A stretch of 64,000 nt of DNA, from positions 768,001 to 832,000 of the forward strand of contig CBDCUI010000008.1 of NCBI GenBank assembly GCA_965222615.1, in the 5' to 3' direction. Under the pieces are notes generated by a model that made no database searches, was not told where the DNA came from, and was given only the letters and a program-made list of their open reading frames with translations. The DNA comes from Gammaproteobacteria bacterium (GTDB taxonomy: Bacteria; Pseudomonadota; Gammaproteobacteria; UBA4575). The position numbers and the translations under genes are program-made. Shown in pieces: positions 63,788 to 64,000 of the stretch (positions are counted from its first letter, which is position 1; each line of letters begins with the position of its first letter).

Positions 63788-64000
63788 TTATTGATTTATT
63801 GCGTATGTTTGTTTTACAAACTCCTTTGTAAATAACCCAGTTACAAGCTGCAAGAACTCTATGTCACATTCTGAATTTGCTGCTCGAATAATGTCTTTGA
63901 AATCAGGGTTTTCGGTTTTACTTTGCTCATAAAACCTATGCAAAGACATTTTTGCATTTGAAAGCAATCGTTGGATTGTTTCTTGGTTTGTTTTTTCGTT
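63788..64000 (-). CDS. 3' end of an unidentified ORF entering from beyond the window
   Basis: 70 open codons (NEKTNQETIQRLL...TYAINQ) ending at TAA 63790-63788; no motif recognised. Confidence 0.4.
   Translation of the reverse strand, partial: NEKTNQETIQRLLSNAKMSLHRFYEQSKTENPDFKDIIRAANSECDIEFLQLVTGLFTKEFVKQTYAINQ

Noticed and set aside
63700-63790. Integron attC/attI (GTTAGCT core-like)
   Set aside because: No inverse core, paired L boxes or intI visible

Overview
AT-rich chromosomal segment from a Gammaproteobacterium (inferred from gene content and order). About 50 kb is conserved housekeeping synteny: a 5'-truncated capD/pglF-type dehydratase, miaB-phoH-ybeY-corC-lnt, manC, leuS-lptE-[two inserted genes]-holA-proA-nadD-rsfS-rlmH-maf-rng-yhdP-nit-tldD-pmbA, purMN, hda, wrbA, aspS, nudB, yebC-ruvCAB, ybgC-tolQRAB-pal-cpoB-queEC and tRNA-Lys(UUU). 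The intergenic spacers carry nested miniature repeats: six IS5-like MITE copies and a ~70-80 nt hairpin element that sits at TT^C sites inside other repeats. From tRNA-Lys to a degenerate copy of its 3' end (~50.1-63.7 kb) lies an integrase-less island encoding an apparent amide uptake/hydrolysis system. It comprises N,N-dimethylformamidase (DMFase)-family large and small subunits, a Liv-type ABC importer whose second permease is fused in-frame to a second copy of the small subunit, and a divergent all-cytoplasmic regulatory trio (NarL-type regulator, PAS hybrid kinase, signal-peptide-less binding protein). Three palindromic candidate operators lie between the two operons. All family assignments come from motif recognition and recall; no database searches were run.
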